64,000 bases of DNA from Somniosus microcephalus. Taxonomy: Eukaryota. The DNA is taken from contig CM126223.1 of NCBI GenBank assembly GCA_052327205.1, positions 61,380,001 to 61,444,000 of the forward strand, written 5' to 3'. Position numbers and translations under genes: made by a program. The notes under the pieces were generated by a model. It was not told where the DNA came from. It saw only the letters and a program-made list of their open reading frames with translations, and made no database searches. Positions 39,301 to 48,560 of this stretch are shown piece by piece. Numbering within the stretch: the first letter of the stretch is position 1; every line of letters begins with the position of its first letter.

Positions 39301-42300
39301 GAACATAAGAAATAGGAGCAGGAGTAGACCAATTGGCCCCTCAAGCCTGCTCCGCCATTCAATAAGATCATGGCTGATCTGATCCTAACTGCCAATCCAC
39401 TATCACAGCTAACGATCAGTGGATACAATCCACTGGTCCAAGGTACTTCAGCAACTTTGTATTATTTCAAACCAGCATGGTGGCTCCTCCCTCACACCGT
39501 CAGACTCGGTCACTCCAGTGAGGTCAATGACACTGAACGAGAACATTCAGATTCAAAAAAGCAGAAAAATGAGGATGATCAAATTAGTCTTGCCTTTTCA
39601 GTTTAATTTCAACAAATAAGAGGCTTCCTCTTTAATTACTTTTGTGACAAGTTAAGCAAACTGTTGACTTGATCGATTAAAAAGGGAGAAACATCAAGAA
39701 CGTCCCAGGTTTAGATGTTTACTAAAATTGGCCAGCACTGCAGTAGGGGTCCTACAATTGTCCTCAACAAACCTAGACTAGGGAGGGACGGGGGGCGGGG
39801 GGGGGAGCCAGGATTCCTGCTCCTGATTTCTTAATGACACCCGCTGGAAAATGTCCCGATAGTTGGCAAGCATAGGTTCAGGCATGGTGAGGCTGACTAC
39901 CAGGCTCAGGTGAAGAATGGTACTTTGATGAGATACCAGAAGGTGGACAGCTCCCATGAAACCATACCCCAGCAAGAGTCACTAGCTTTAGAAGACAAGA
40001 CAAAACTGGACAATAAATAAGTGGAACACACCATATCCTTAAATGAAAATTCGTAATGCTATTGCCAAAAGTATGCAATCTAGTTGCTTTCTGCAGCCGA
40101 AAACCAAGTAACTTGTCACTTTAACACAGCAGGCAAGATACATTTACAAAGGACCACTTTTGTGTTTTCTTAATGCAGTAATCAACTTCTCAAACACCCT
40201 CACCAGCCTCCTAAAGTCTCTGTACAAAGTTCAATTTCTCCAAAACTGTGCCACCTGCATCCTGTGCCACATTAGGTCTCATTCACCCATCATGCCCACT
40301 CTTGCTAACCTCCACCAAATTTAATATCCCTTCATAGCCTCAACTACCCTCTGTGGTTCTCCAGCTCTGGGCTCCTGTGCATCCCTTTTCAGTGTTCCTT
40401 ACCTGGCGGCTGAACTTTCAGCCCCACCCTCGAGTCCTCTACCGAAACTTTGATCATGTTACTTCCCACCCTGCCTTTAGAAATCTCAAAACCTACTTTA
40501 TCCAGCCAACTCTCCTCACTCCTCGCCCCATCTCTCTCTCCCCCCCCCCCCCCGCTACTTGTCCCGTCTCTCTCTTAGCTGTACCACTTTTTGCCCCGTC
40601 TCTCCTAAATCCTCTACCTGTTTGGCTCATCTCTTGCCTATGTGAAACATTGGGATGATTCATGTTAAAAGGGCACTACACAAATGCAAGTTGTTTTTGC
40701 TGTTACACATAGAAAAATAGGAAAAGGAGTAGGCCATTAAGCCCCTCGAGCCTGTTCCACCATTCAATGAGATCATGGCTGATCTGTGACCAAACACCAA
40801 ATACCCACCTTAGCCCCATATCCTTTAATATTTTTGGTTAACAAAAATCTATCAATTTCAGATTTAAAATCAACAATTTACTTAGCATAAACTGCCGTTT
40901 ACAGAAGAGCGTTCCAAACTTCTACCACCCTTTGTGTGCAGAAGTGTTTCCTAACTTCACTCCTAAAAAGCCTGGCTCTAACTTTTAGGCTATGTCCCCT
41001 AGTCCTAGACTCCCCAACCAGCAGAAATAGTTTCTCGCTCTCTACCCTATCAGTTCCCCTTAACAGATCTAGAAAAATGCAATCAAATCACCAATTAACC
41101 GTATAAATTCCAGGGACTACAACCCTAGTTTGTATAATCTCTCCTCGTAATTTAATCCTTGGAGTCCAGGTATCATTCTGCTATATTTACACTGCACTCC
41201 CTCCAAGGCCAATACATCCGACATAAGAACATAACAAACAGGAGCAAGATTAGGCCATTCGGCCCCTCGAGCCTGCTCCGCCATTCAATAAGATCATGGC
41301 TGATCTTCTACCTCAACTCCACTTTCCTGCACTATCCCCATATCCCTTGATTCCCTTAATATCCAAAAATCTATCAATCTCTGTCTTGAATATACTCAAC
41401 GACTGAGCCTCCACAGCCCTCTGGGGTAGAGAATTCCAAAGATTCACCAGCCTCCGAGTGAAGAAACTTCTCCTCATCTCAGTCCTAAATGGCCGACCCC
41501 TTATTCTGAGACTGTGACCCCTAGTTCTAGACTCCCCCGCCAGGGAAACATCCTCCCTGCATCTACCGTCAATCCCTGTAAGAATTTTGTATGTTTCAAT
41601 GAGATCACCTCTCATTCTTCTAAACTCTAGAGAATATCGGCCTAGTCTACTCAATCTCTCCTCATTAGGACAATCCCCCATCCCAGGAATCAGTCTGGTG
41701 AACCTTCATTGCACTCCCTCTATGGCAAGTATATCCTTCCTTAGGTAAGATCAAAACTGTACACAATACTCCAGGTGTGGTCTCACCAGGACCCTATATA
41801 ATTGCAGTAAGACATCGTTACTCTTATACTCAAATCCTCTTGTAATAAAGGCCAACATACCATTTGCTTGCTTAATTGCTTGCTGTACCTGCATGTTAAC
41901 TTTCAGTGATTCATGTACAAGGACACCCAGGTTCCTCTGAACACCAACATTTCCCAATCTCACCATTTAAAAAATACTCTGCTTTTCTATTTTCCTACCA
42001 AAGTGGATAACTTCACATTTCTCCACATATTCCATTTGCCATGTTTTTGCCCACTCACTTAGCCTGTCTATATCCCCTTGAAGCCTCTTTGCATCCTCCT
42101 CACAACTTACATTTCGACCCAGCTTTGTATCATCAGCAAACTTGAATCTATGACATTTGGTTCCCTCATCCAAATCATTGATATAGATTGTGAATAGCTG
42201 CAGCCCAAGCACTGATCCTTGCTACTCTGCTCTAGAGCCTTGACATTTCTCTCGCTGCTTTTAAATTTGCTCTTTCCTGAATCCTCCCACCCATTCCCCC

Positions 42301-45300
42301 TTTATTAGTTTAAAGCCCTGTCCACTGCCCTAGTTATTCAGTTCGCCAGGACACTGGTCCCAGCCCGGTTTAAGTGGAGCCCGTCCCAACGGAACAGCTC
42401 CCTCTTTCCCCAGTACTGGTGCCAGTGACCCATGAGCTGAAACCCCTTCCTCCCACACCACTCTGAGCCACACATTTAAACCTCTAATCGGTTTGTTCCT
42501 ATGCCAATTTGCACATGGCTCAGGTAACAATCCAGAGATTATTAACTTTGAGGTTCTGTTTTTTAATTTGGATTCTAGCTCCTCAAACTCCCTCAGCAGG
42601 ACCTCATTCCTAGCTCTACCTATGTAGTTGGTTCTTACATGGACCACGACAACTGGATCCTCCCCCTCCCAATACAAGTTCTCCTCCAGCCGCGAGATGT
42701 CGTCTTTAACCCTGGCACCGGGCAGGCAACACAACCTTCGGAACTCTCGGTCGCAGCTGCAGAGAACAGTACCTATCCCCCTGACTATACTGTCCCCAAC
42801 CACAACTACATTCCCTTTCACTCCCCCCACTTGAATGGCCTCCTGCACCAAGGTGCCATGGTCAGCTTGCTCATCCATCCTGCAGGCTTTCCCTCATCCA
42901 CACAGGCAGCAAGAACCTCATAGCTGTTGGACAAGGGCAAAGGCTGAGGCTCCTCCAGCACAGCATCCTGCCAAAGGTGTGGTGCCCAGAACTGAACACA
43001 ACTTCTAACAACACACTGAAAGCACATAACTCACGAGCACTTTATTTTCTCCCTCCCCTCTTGAATATTTGACCCCGAGACGTTTCCGCTAACAGCCGCG
43101 TCATCACCGAGACCGCCTATTTCCAACTCCGTAACATTGCCCGACTCCACCCCTGCCTCAGCTCATCTGCTGCTGAACCCTCATCTATGCCTTGGTTATC
43201 TCTAGACTCGACTATTCCAATGCATTCCTGGACGGCCTCCCACTTTCTACCCTCTGTAAACTTGAGGCCATCCAAACTCTGCTGCCCGTGTCCTAACTCG
43301 TACCAAGTCTCGTTCACCCATCGCCCCTGTGCTCACTGACCTACATTGGCTCCCAGTTAAGCAACGCCTCAATTTTAAAATTCTCATCCTTGTTTTCAAA
43401 TCCCTCCATGGCTTCGCCTCGCCCCTCCCTATCTCTGCAATCTCCTCCAGCCCTACAACCCTCCGAGATATCTGCACTCCTCCAATTCGGGCCTCTTGAG
43501 CAGCCCCAATTTTAATCACTCCACCATTGGCGGCCGTGCCTTCAGCTGTCTCGGCCCTAAGCTTTGAAGTTCCCTCCATAAACCTTTACACCCCTCTACC
43601 ACCCTTTCCTCCTTTAAGATGCTCCTTAAAACCTACCTTTGACCAAGCTTTGGGTCATCTGTCCTAATATCTCATGTGGCTCAGTGTCAAATTTTGTTTG
43701 ATAACGCTCCTGTGAAGCGCCTTGGGACATTTTGCTACATTAAAGGCGCTATATAAATGCAAGTTGTAATTGATGAATGTTTAAATTCTTGCTGGGATAT
43801 GGTTCCACAAGAGTCCTCCTGCACCTCACCAAATTATTATTCATCTACGGCCACAAAAGGGAGTCATCAAGCTATTTAATCATAAGGAAAATCAATACCA
43901 AGCCCAATTCTGTCCTCACTCTGCATACACTCACACACTCGTAACAGGAATTGCTGGATAGCATTTAACAGAAACCCTGGACAGTTTTCTCCTCCCTAAC
44001 GCAACAGCACTGAGACCCAATTGTTTCTACTCCCACTCCAGCTGAAATCAGCGGACTTAGCAAAGACCAGGGATTGAAACTGGGATCTTCTGGTCAAACA
44101 CGAGTAAGGCAGCACTCAAATCTACTCAGAAATAGCCATTTTCACCGTCTCCAGAACTTTGCGCCAAACTGCAGTAGCCAGGCACCAACTTGTGCCATGC
44201 GTACTAAAAGTGTAGAAGTGTGCCAGATTTGTCATGGGATGTTGTACTGGCACAAGCTATCGACACTAAACATGCACGTTTGTGGACTTCCTTGTGATAA
44301 ATAAAAGCTCAGTATCACGTGGCACAATATTGGCTCAGGATTTCTCTTGGGTTTTTAATATATAATTCACAGTTTCAGTAGTACACAATACAGTTGAGAA
44401 GCAATGTTAACTTCTGAATAGGTCTGCTTCAAATCACCAACACTGGAAATTAGGACATTTAACACTTCCAGTGCACAAATCTCAGCAGCGATTTTTTTTA
44501 AAGTGATGTTGAAGTGACATTTCCGACATTACAACAGGGACTACACTTCAAAAAGTATTTACTTGGCTGTAAAGCACTTTGAGATATCGTGGTTGTGAAA
44601 GGTGTTATATAAATGCAAGTCTTTTTTTTTACAAATCTCAACAGAGGGCAAGCAGGCTTGCAGCTAAGAAAACTAATTTGCAAGACCATCACATTTTCTT
44701 TTGAAAAATACTAAAAGCCACACATTCAAGTACAGGAAACCTGCTTTTTGGAAAATCTATGTATTTTGGGCAGCTTTCGCTGAAAACAAAGACCTAAAAA
44801 CTAAGTGACTTAAAGAATACATATCTGTAAATTAACCACTATTTCCTTGTTTGGTAGCGTAGACCCAAACTATAACATTGTATGTCCTATACTAAATATA
44901 TAAAACAAGTTGCAAAAAATTAAATAGTTTAATTGCATAGTGGATGAAACAATTAAAAAACATAAATCGCATGCAAGAAACATTTTTTTTTTTTTTAAAC
45001 GCAGAAGAGCACAATAATCAAATGTTGACGGAGGATGGGGAGGGAGGTTGGGTCCCACTTGCTCAGCTGACTGTTTCTGCAACTTACTGTATATTACATG
45101 TATTTAAATTGGGGGGGCACTAAATTAAATTCCAAATTCCCTTGATTGATGCAACTTATTGCAGATTACATATATTTAAACGGGGTGGGGGAAAGAGACC
45201 TGAACAGTAACTTAAACTCCTAATTTCCCCTGATTGATGCAACTTAGTGCATATTACATATATTTAAATGGGGGGGGGGGGGGGGGGAAACCTCAACAGT

Positions 45301-45669
45301 AAATTAAATTTCAAATTCCCTTTTTGATTCCAAGGTTGTTAATTTGTTGGCTGCAATATTTTTTTTAATGTTGGCTGCATTCTTATTCTTTTGTGCTTTT
45401 TTTTTTAAGTGGTTTCTTTAGTGAGTGATGCACTACCGGGTTAGAAAGCAGCTGGATGCCTGAGCATGATAATGGTGCTTGGCTGGGCTTGTCTTCAGCT
45501 AAGCCCTGGGAGAGAGGCTGCAAGCGGAAAAAAAAAACTTCCTCGACCCTTTACTTCATAAATGCCGAGCCGGGCTTCGAATCCCAACGCCTTATTCCGG
45601 GCCCACGTCGCTGCCGGCTCCCCGCAGAAGCCTCACCTGAAATATAAAGGCGCCCCAGGTCGCTTCCAT
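9260..45669 (-). CDS. MAZ: MAZ/VEZF1-family C2H2 zinc-finger transcription factor, most likely the MAZ (Myc-associated zinc finger) ortholog; spliced CDS gives 354 aa with 6 fingers (exon 5 skipped) or 419 aa with 8 fingers (exon 5 included)
   Basis: Six exons join in frame with consistent phases (33+677+64+172+[195]+119 nt). Fingers such as [46 protein letters not shown] are family-diagnostic. The [11 protein letters not shown] exon and the TGEVC terminal exon match human MAZ isoforms as recalled. Family assignment is very secure; MAZ versus a VEZF1-like paralog is less so. Confidence 0.85.
12885..13183 (-). mobile_element. LF-SINE-like ancient SINE
   Basis: Minus strand begins gggactggatgg...gctttcacctctgggacc...gaattccagcc, resembling the LF-SINE 5' end as recalled. 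Confidence 0.5.
14730..15165 (-). mobile_element. tRNA-Deu SINE (SacSINE1-like)
   Basis: Deu-domain core (tggcca..gacac...tttgaatagtgcca...atcttt...tccacctga), B box and L2-like tail. Confidence 0.7.
15280..15660 (-). mobile_element. Partial Deu SINE followed by an HER1-type LINE 3' tail
   Basis: SINE tail/core at 15280-15510; gatgtgggcgtcactggctaggcc...gcccttgagaag tail from ~15530. Confidence 0.6.
16709..16903 (-). CDS. MAZ: Alternative/cassette coding exon 5 (completes ZF7, adds ZF8)
   Basis: Acceptor tgtgtag|GTTTC; encodes [47 protein letters not shown]. The 3' end is uncertain: GC donor AAAG|gcaagc at 16709, GT donor CCAG|gtcatt at 16661, or read-through to the stop at 16539. Confidence 0.85.
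17810..18125 (+). mobile_element. CR1 LINE ORF2 fragment
   Basis: Translates [19 protein letters not shown], followed by a degenerate [18 protein letters not shown] motif. Confidence 0.85.
19710..19881 (-). CDS. MAZ: Coding exon 4 (ZF5, ZF6 and the Cys pair of ZF7)
   Basis: Acceptor ccttatag|ACT, donor AAAG|gtagag, 172 nt. Translates [57 protein letters not shown]. Confidence 0.95.
20155..20462. mobile_element. Tc1/mariner-pogo (Tigger-like) MITE, copy A
   Basis: ta|caggaaactttc ... gaaagtttcctg|ta: 12-bp perfect TIR with TA on both sides. Confidence 0.8.
20510..21296. mobile_element. Probable non-autonomous DNA transposon with a large central palindrome
   Basis: CpG-rich block with degenerate inverted ends (ggccttaaattt / aaaatatgggct), a hairpin at 20521-20568 and a 171-bp inverted repeat at 20932-21102. 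Confidence 0.55.
21880..22190 (-). mobile_element. CR1 LINE 3' end
   Basis: ORF 21950..22147 fragment [12 protein letters not shown] plus the characteristic tail. Confidence 0.75.
22241..22830. mobile_element. Tigger-like MITE, copy B (opposite orientation), containing the 29-bp minisatellite
   Basis: Imperfect TIRs caggaaactctctttttaccagcacc / ggtgccggataaaaaaggtttccttg|ta. Internal aaaattcaggagtaggttcaggtaa is nearly the reverse complement of a segment in copy A. Confidence 0.7.
22337..22734. repeat. GC-rich minisatellite, 29-bp unit, about 13.7 copies
   Basis: Unit ggccgtgtaaccggggctcctgcacccgt repeated head-to-tail with only scattered substitutions. Confidence 0.98.
22986..23309. mobile_element. 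Tigger-like MITE, copy C
   Basis: ta|caggaaactttgtgatatccgg ... ccggataacacaaagtttcctg|ta: TIR matches at 21/22 positions with TA on both sides. Confidence 0.85.
24220..24283 (-). CDS. MAZ: Coding exon 3 ([21 protein letters not shown])
   Basis: Acceptor tctccag|G, donor CAA|gtaact, 64 nt; completes ZF4 in phase. Confidence 0.95.
25747..26423 (-). CDS. MAZ: Coding exon 2 (Q-rich N-terminus, ZF1-ZF3 and start of ZF4)
   Basis: Acceptor tttgtag|GCAACC, donor TCCAG|gtaaat, 677 nt. Matches ORF 25743..26414, which encodes [42 protein letters not shown] and [21 protein letters not shown]. Confidence 0.97.
26725..27005 (-). mobile_element. tRNA-Deu SINE fragment
   Basis: aatgaagtacttttgaagtgcagtcac...ttggccaggatacc...cttttacatctacctga. 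Confidence 0.65.
27310..28047. mobile_element. Tigger-like non-autonomous DNA transposon, copy D, with an internal ~110-bp tandem duplication
   Basis: ta|caggtagactatcctttatccgaa ... ttcggataagggatagtcaacctg|ta (22/24). Shares internal sequence with copy C; duplication at ~27709-27815 / 27816-27929. Confidence 0.85.
28105..31195 (-). mobile_element. HER1-like LINE relic (EN and RT fragments) interrupted by nested insertions
   Basis: RT-like [10 protein letters not shown]-type and [13 protein letters not shown] peptides in ORF 28819..29181. Endonuclease-like [11 protein letters not shown] in ORF 30625..30960. 3' tail at ~28110. Confidence 0.8.
29533..30543 (-). mobile_element. Younger 5'-truncated CR1 LINE nested in the HER1-like element
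   Basis: ORFs 30039..30419 ([30 protein letters not shown]) and 29573..29854 ([13 protein letters not shown]...[14 protein letters not shown]). Confidence 0.9.
31762..32162 (-). mobile_element. Near full-length tRNA-Deu SINE (SacSINE1-like)
   Basis: A box TGGCTCAGTTGG, B box GGTTCAAGCCC, and Deu core GGTGGACGTAAAAGATCC.CTGGCACTATTTCGAAG on the minus strand. Confidence 0.85.
33935..34990 (+). mobile_element. L2-clade LINE relic
   Basis: [17 protein letters not shown]...HTYADNT and [21 protein letters not shown]; tail ends tatataaatgcaagttg-like. Confidence 0.85.
38385..38850 (+). mobile_element. LF-SINE-like element interrupted by a Penelope-derived fragment (~38700-38800)
   Basis: agcttttcatctctgggacttgggttcaaatcc...gcctgtatgaaattaagtt...gtgaggtacattg...tgctatacctg is collinear with LF-SINE as recalled. 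Confidence 0.55.
40190..40695 (+). mobile_element. L2 LINE 3' remnant
   Basis: ctccaaaactgtgcc...aaaacctac...gtgaaacattggga...aaatgcaagttg, shared with other L2 copies. Confidence 0.6.
40705..42220 (-). mobile_element. Two adjacent CR1 LINE 3' segments (ORF2 RT)
   Basis: ORFs 41967..42212 ([11 protein letters not shown]...KFADDTKLG), 41751..41966 ([12 protein letters not shown]) and 41313..41681; tails at ~40705 and ~41222. Confidence 0.9.
42230..42960 (-). mobile_element. CR1 LINE ORF1 fragment (SGNH/GDSL esterase-like domain)
   Basis: ORF 42330..42878: [35 protein letters not shown]. Confidence 0.85.
43070..43768 (+). mobile_element. L2 LINE 3' portion
   Basis: tctagactcgactattccaatgc (SRLDYSNA), ctacattggctccc (LHWLP), and tail aaaggcgctatataaatgcaagttg. 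Confidence 0.9.
45078..45330. repeat. Three diverged tandem copies of a 72-90 bp unit in intron 1
   Basis: Units begin tgcaactta at 45078, 45150 and 45238; each has attaca-tatttaaa followed by a G-run. Confidence 0.8.
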
Positions 45670-45880
45670 CTCGCCTCCAGACGGCTGGTAAACACGGAGC
45701 AGAAGCCACAACAAAGCTGCTGCAAACACAGCGCTGGGGCCAACATGGCCGCCGCCGCTGCCACTTCCTGTCACCTCTCACCCTCCCTGACTTGGGTGCA
45801 ACCAAGTGCCGGGGAGGGAGAGAGGGGAGTCTGGGTGGGGAGTCCCACCTTGCAGCCTCTTCAGGGTGCCACTCTGCACA
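45420..45880 (-). promoter_or_regulatory. CpG-rich promoter/5' UTR region with ETS, YY1 and G-rich (GGGAGGG) motifs
   Basis: High CpG/GC density around exon 1. Minus-strand ACAGGAAGTG (~45762-45771) sits beside the YY1-like caacatggccgcc (45741-45753). ggggagggagagaggggag is at ~45811-45829. Confidence 0.7.
45637..45669 (-). CDS. MAZ: Coding exon 1 ([11 protein letters not shown])
   Basis: ATG at 45669, 11 codons, donor CAG|GTGAGG. Resembles the VEZF1 N-terminus MEANWTAFLFQ and lies in a CpG-rich region. Confidence 0.9.
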
Positions 45881-47089
45881 TGCATTCGTCAAGCTGTCCT
45901 TTTGTTTGGCATGACCTCAAGACTTTAAAACCATAAAATAAAGCTCGCACGTTGTTCCACACGCACCAAGTTGTCAAGTACAAAGGCCAGTTTCACCCTT
46001 TTGTCCCCAATCTCGAAGCCTCGAGTTATTTAATTAATTTTTGCAAAGGCATAACTGAGTGATGTAACACAGATACTCTTTGCACCAAAACTCAGATTTA
46101 AAAGGAGTCGCCTTTTACGCAAATTGAATCCACCCTAAATTTTATGTCCCCAGGGCTGTTAAAAAAGAGACGACTTTGAAGCCGGTCTAGCTAAAATTAC
46201 AAAAGGAAATTGAGAAAATAGATCCAGGCAAATTGATCACTGTTCAAATACCAGGGGACACAAGTTAAAAAATAGAAAGTTAGGAGTGAGAAGCAAAGTC
46301 AGATGGAATGTCTTTTCCCATCAAACGATAATAGTTGTGACTTGTGAAATAAGTTACCAGAAGTAGGTACTTGAAGCATACAGTATACATGTATTGAAGA
46401 TACAAATGGATGTGTTCCTGGAGAGAGAAACAGTCAAACGATGAGCCCAGAATTCCTGTTGGTTATATCAGTGGATGAACACTTAATCCTCTGTCTGCTA
46501 TTTTAACTCTGCTAGAACAATTCAAAACTAATCCCACTGTCTCACGCTCTCCCCATAACTGTACCTTCCTCTTGATTCAAATATTTATCCAATGTTCCCT
46601 TAAAAGGTGCAAGTGTCTCTGCCTCAACCAGTCCTTACTGCAAAGTACTCCCTGCTCCAACAACTCTGAACTAATACAATTCTCCTAACCTCGCTCCTCA
46701 CTTTCAGTGACAGTTTCCAATTGATGACCCCTCATTCCGGCCCCCATGCATTTAAATAGATTTGTGATCTGTGTAACTCTTGCAAATCATGAATGTCAAT
46801 CCTAACATTTTTCTGTTGACACACAAGAGCACAACAATCAGGAATGAAAACTTTGTGACAACGGTTTTGGGACAATACTATCCCCTGTCCCATTCCCTCC
46901 ATCTCTTTAACCCCACAGTCAGTAATAGGACATGTAATTATTAGCGTGTGGGCTGTTTAATCTTTCATTACCGTATAGCAGGAAGTGAAAATGTATCTTT
47001 TTGGTAAACCAAGTATCTGACACAGGCATAAACCCATTTCCCATCCTTCAGAGTCTCCAAAACAAGTTACTGAGAAATTAAATAAATAA

Positions 47090-47228
47090 GGCTAAAGGGA
47101 TCAAAGGATATGGGGAGAAAGGGACAGGGTACTGAATTTGGATGATCAGCCATGATCGCATTGAATGGCGGAGCAGGCTCGAGGGGCCGAATGGCTTACT
47201 CCTGCTCCTATCTTCTGTGTTTCTATGA
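47090..47228 (+). mobile_element. CR1 3' tail
   Basis: gggatcaaaggatatgggg...gatcagccatgatc...gaatggcggagcaggctcgaggggccgaatgg. Confidence 0.75.
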
Positions 47229-47554
47229 CATTACTGACTGCCTGATGCAATGTGCCTCTTCACATAAGCACATACCCCACTTGCTTAAGGCAACATTTTA
47301 GGGATCCTACATGTGTTTAAGGGTATTGCTTAAGTTTAACCAGCTAAAACCACACAGCTTACTAGTACAGATAAGCTTCTTGTCCAGTTAGGACCACTCT
47401 AACCATTATGCCAGAATTACCCGGAGCCAAATGAATAAAATCCCAACTCTTTGGGTGCGGAGAGGTGGACCTTCCACTATTAATAGGTCAGGCTGGATGC
47501 CAGAGCATGTAATGGTACTTGGATAGTCATCAGCAAGAGCATCCTGGAGTAATA

Positions 47555-47900
47555 AAAACTTACATTTATATAGCACCTTTAATGTAGAAAATATCTCAAG
47601 GCACTCTCTGGGGTGGGGGGGGGGGGGGGGGAGGAATAAATAGGAATGGGTAAGGGAATGGTTGCTGAACCATGGAGGGAGAGATAGGATGTCCGAAAGC
47701 TTGCTCGAAAAGACTCCTTTTAAATCTGAGCCTTAGAGAGGCAGAGGGTGTTAGGGAGTTCCAGAGATTAGGGTTGAGGCAGCTGAAGGTTCTACCACCA
47801 ATAGTTGGAGGGCCAAAGAATATAGGAAAAGATGCAAGGCTGAAGGATAGAGTGAGGCAAGGCCTTGGAAGGATTTGAGGATGAGGATTTTAAAGTGAAT
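47555..47900 (-). mobile_element. L2 3' remnant
   Basis: aacttacatttatatagcacctttaa tail and gggagttccagag...gcagctgaagg. Confidence 0.6.
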
Positions 47901-48289
47901 GCATTGGGGACCACTAGCCAAGTATTACAGACTTGCTTGGCTCAGTCATCAGATTAGCAAGTCTACCACAGAGGATCAAATCAGTTCTGATCTCCCATCG
48001 CCAAGCCGATCTTTACCCACCCTCCAAGGAGAATCATCAATAATTGGTTATGAGACAATGACAAGTAAAGGTTTAAACCCATTCCAGATGGACGTACTGG
48101 AAACCCCTCCCAATCAACATGGTAAGCAGCGTAACTCACTATAGAATACGTGAGTGCGTTGCCATCATCCTCCTGACCGCAGCATGGAAACAATACCCAC
48201 CAGTTAGAGGTGTGGAGATTCAGTAAAAACTACTTGCCTCTCTGCTACCCAATATCAGCCATGAACCATACATACACACACACATATAA

Positions 48290-48560
48290 TAGGGCAAGGG
48301 CAGCAGGCGCATGGGAACACCATCACCTCCAAGTTCCCACACCATCCTGACTTAGAAATATATCGTCGTTCCTTCATCATCGCTGGGTCAAAATCCTGGA
48401 ACTCCCTCCCTAACAGCACTGTGGGAGTACCCTCACCACACGGACTGCAGCGGTTCAAGGCGGCGGCTCATCACCACCTTCAAGGGCAATTAGGGATGGG
48501 CAATAAATGCTGGCCTTGCCAGCGACGCCCCCCCCCATCCCACGAATGAATATAAAAAAA
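48290..48560 (+). mobile_element. HER1-type LINE 3' end
   Basis: ggactgcagcggttcaagg...caagggcaattagggatgggcaataaatgctggcc followed by an A-rich end. Confidence 0.8.

Noticed and set aside
42330-42878. GDSL/SGNH hydrolase as a host gene
   Set aside because: It sits among CR1 fragments, is intronless and degraded, and matches the CR1 ORF1 esterase domain.
45551-45936. 113-124 aa ORFs over the promoter
   Set aside because: Expected in GC-rich sequence; only the 11-codon exon 1 has homology and splice support.
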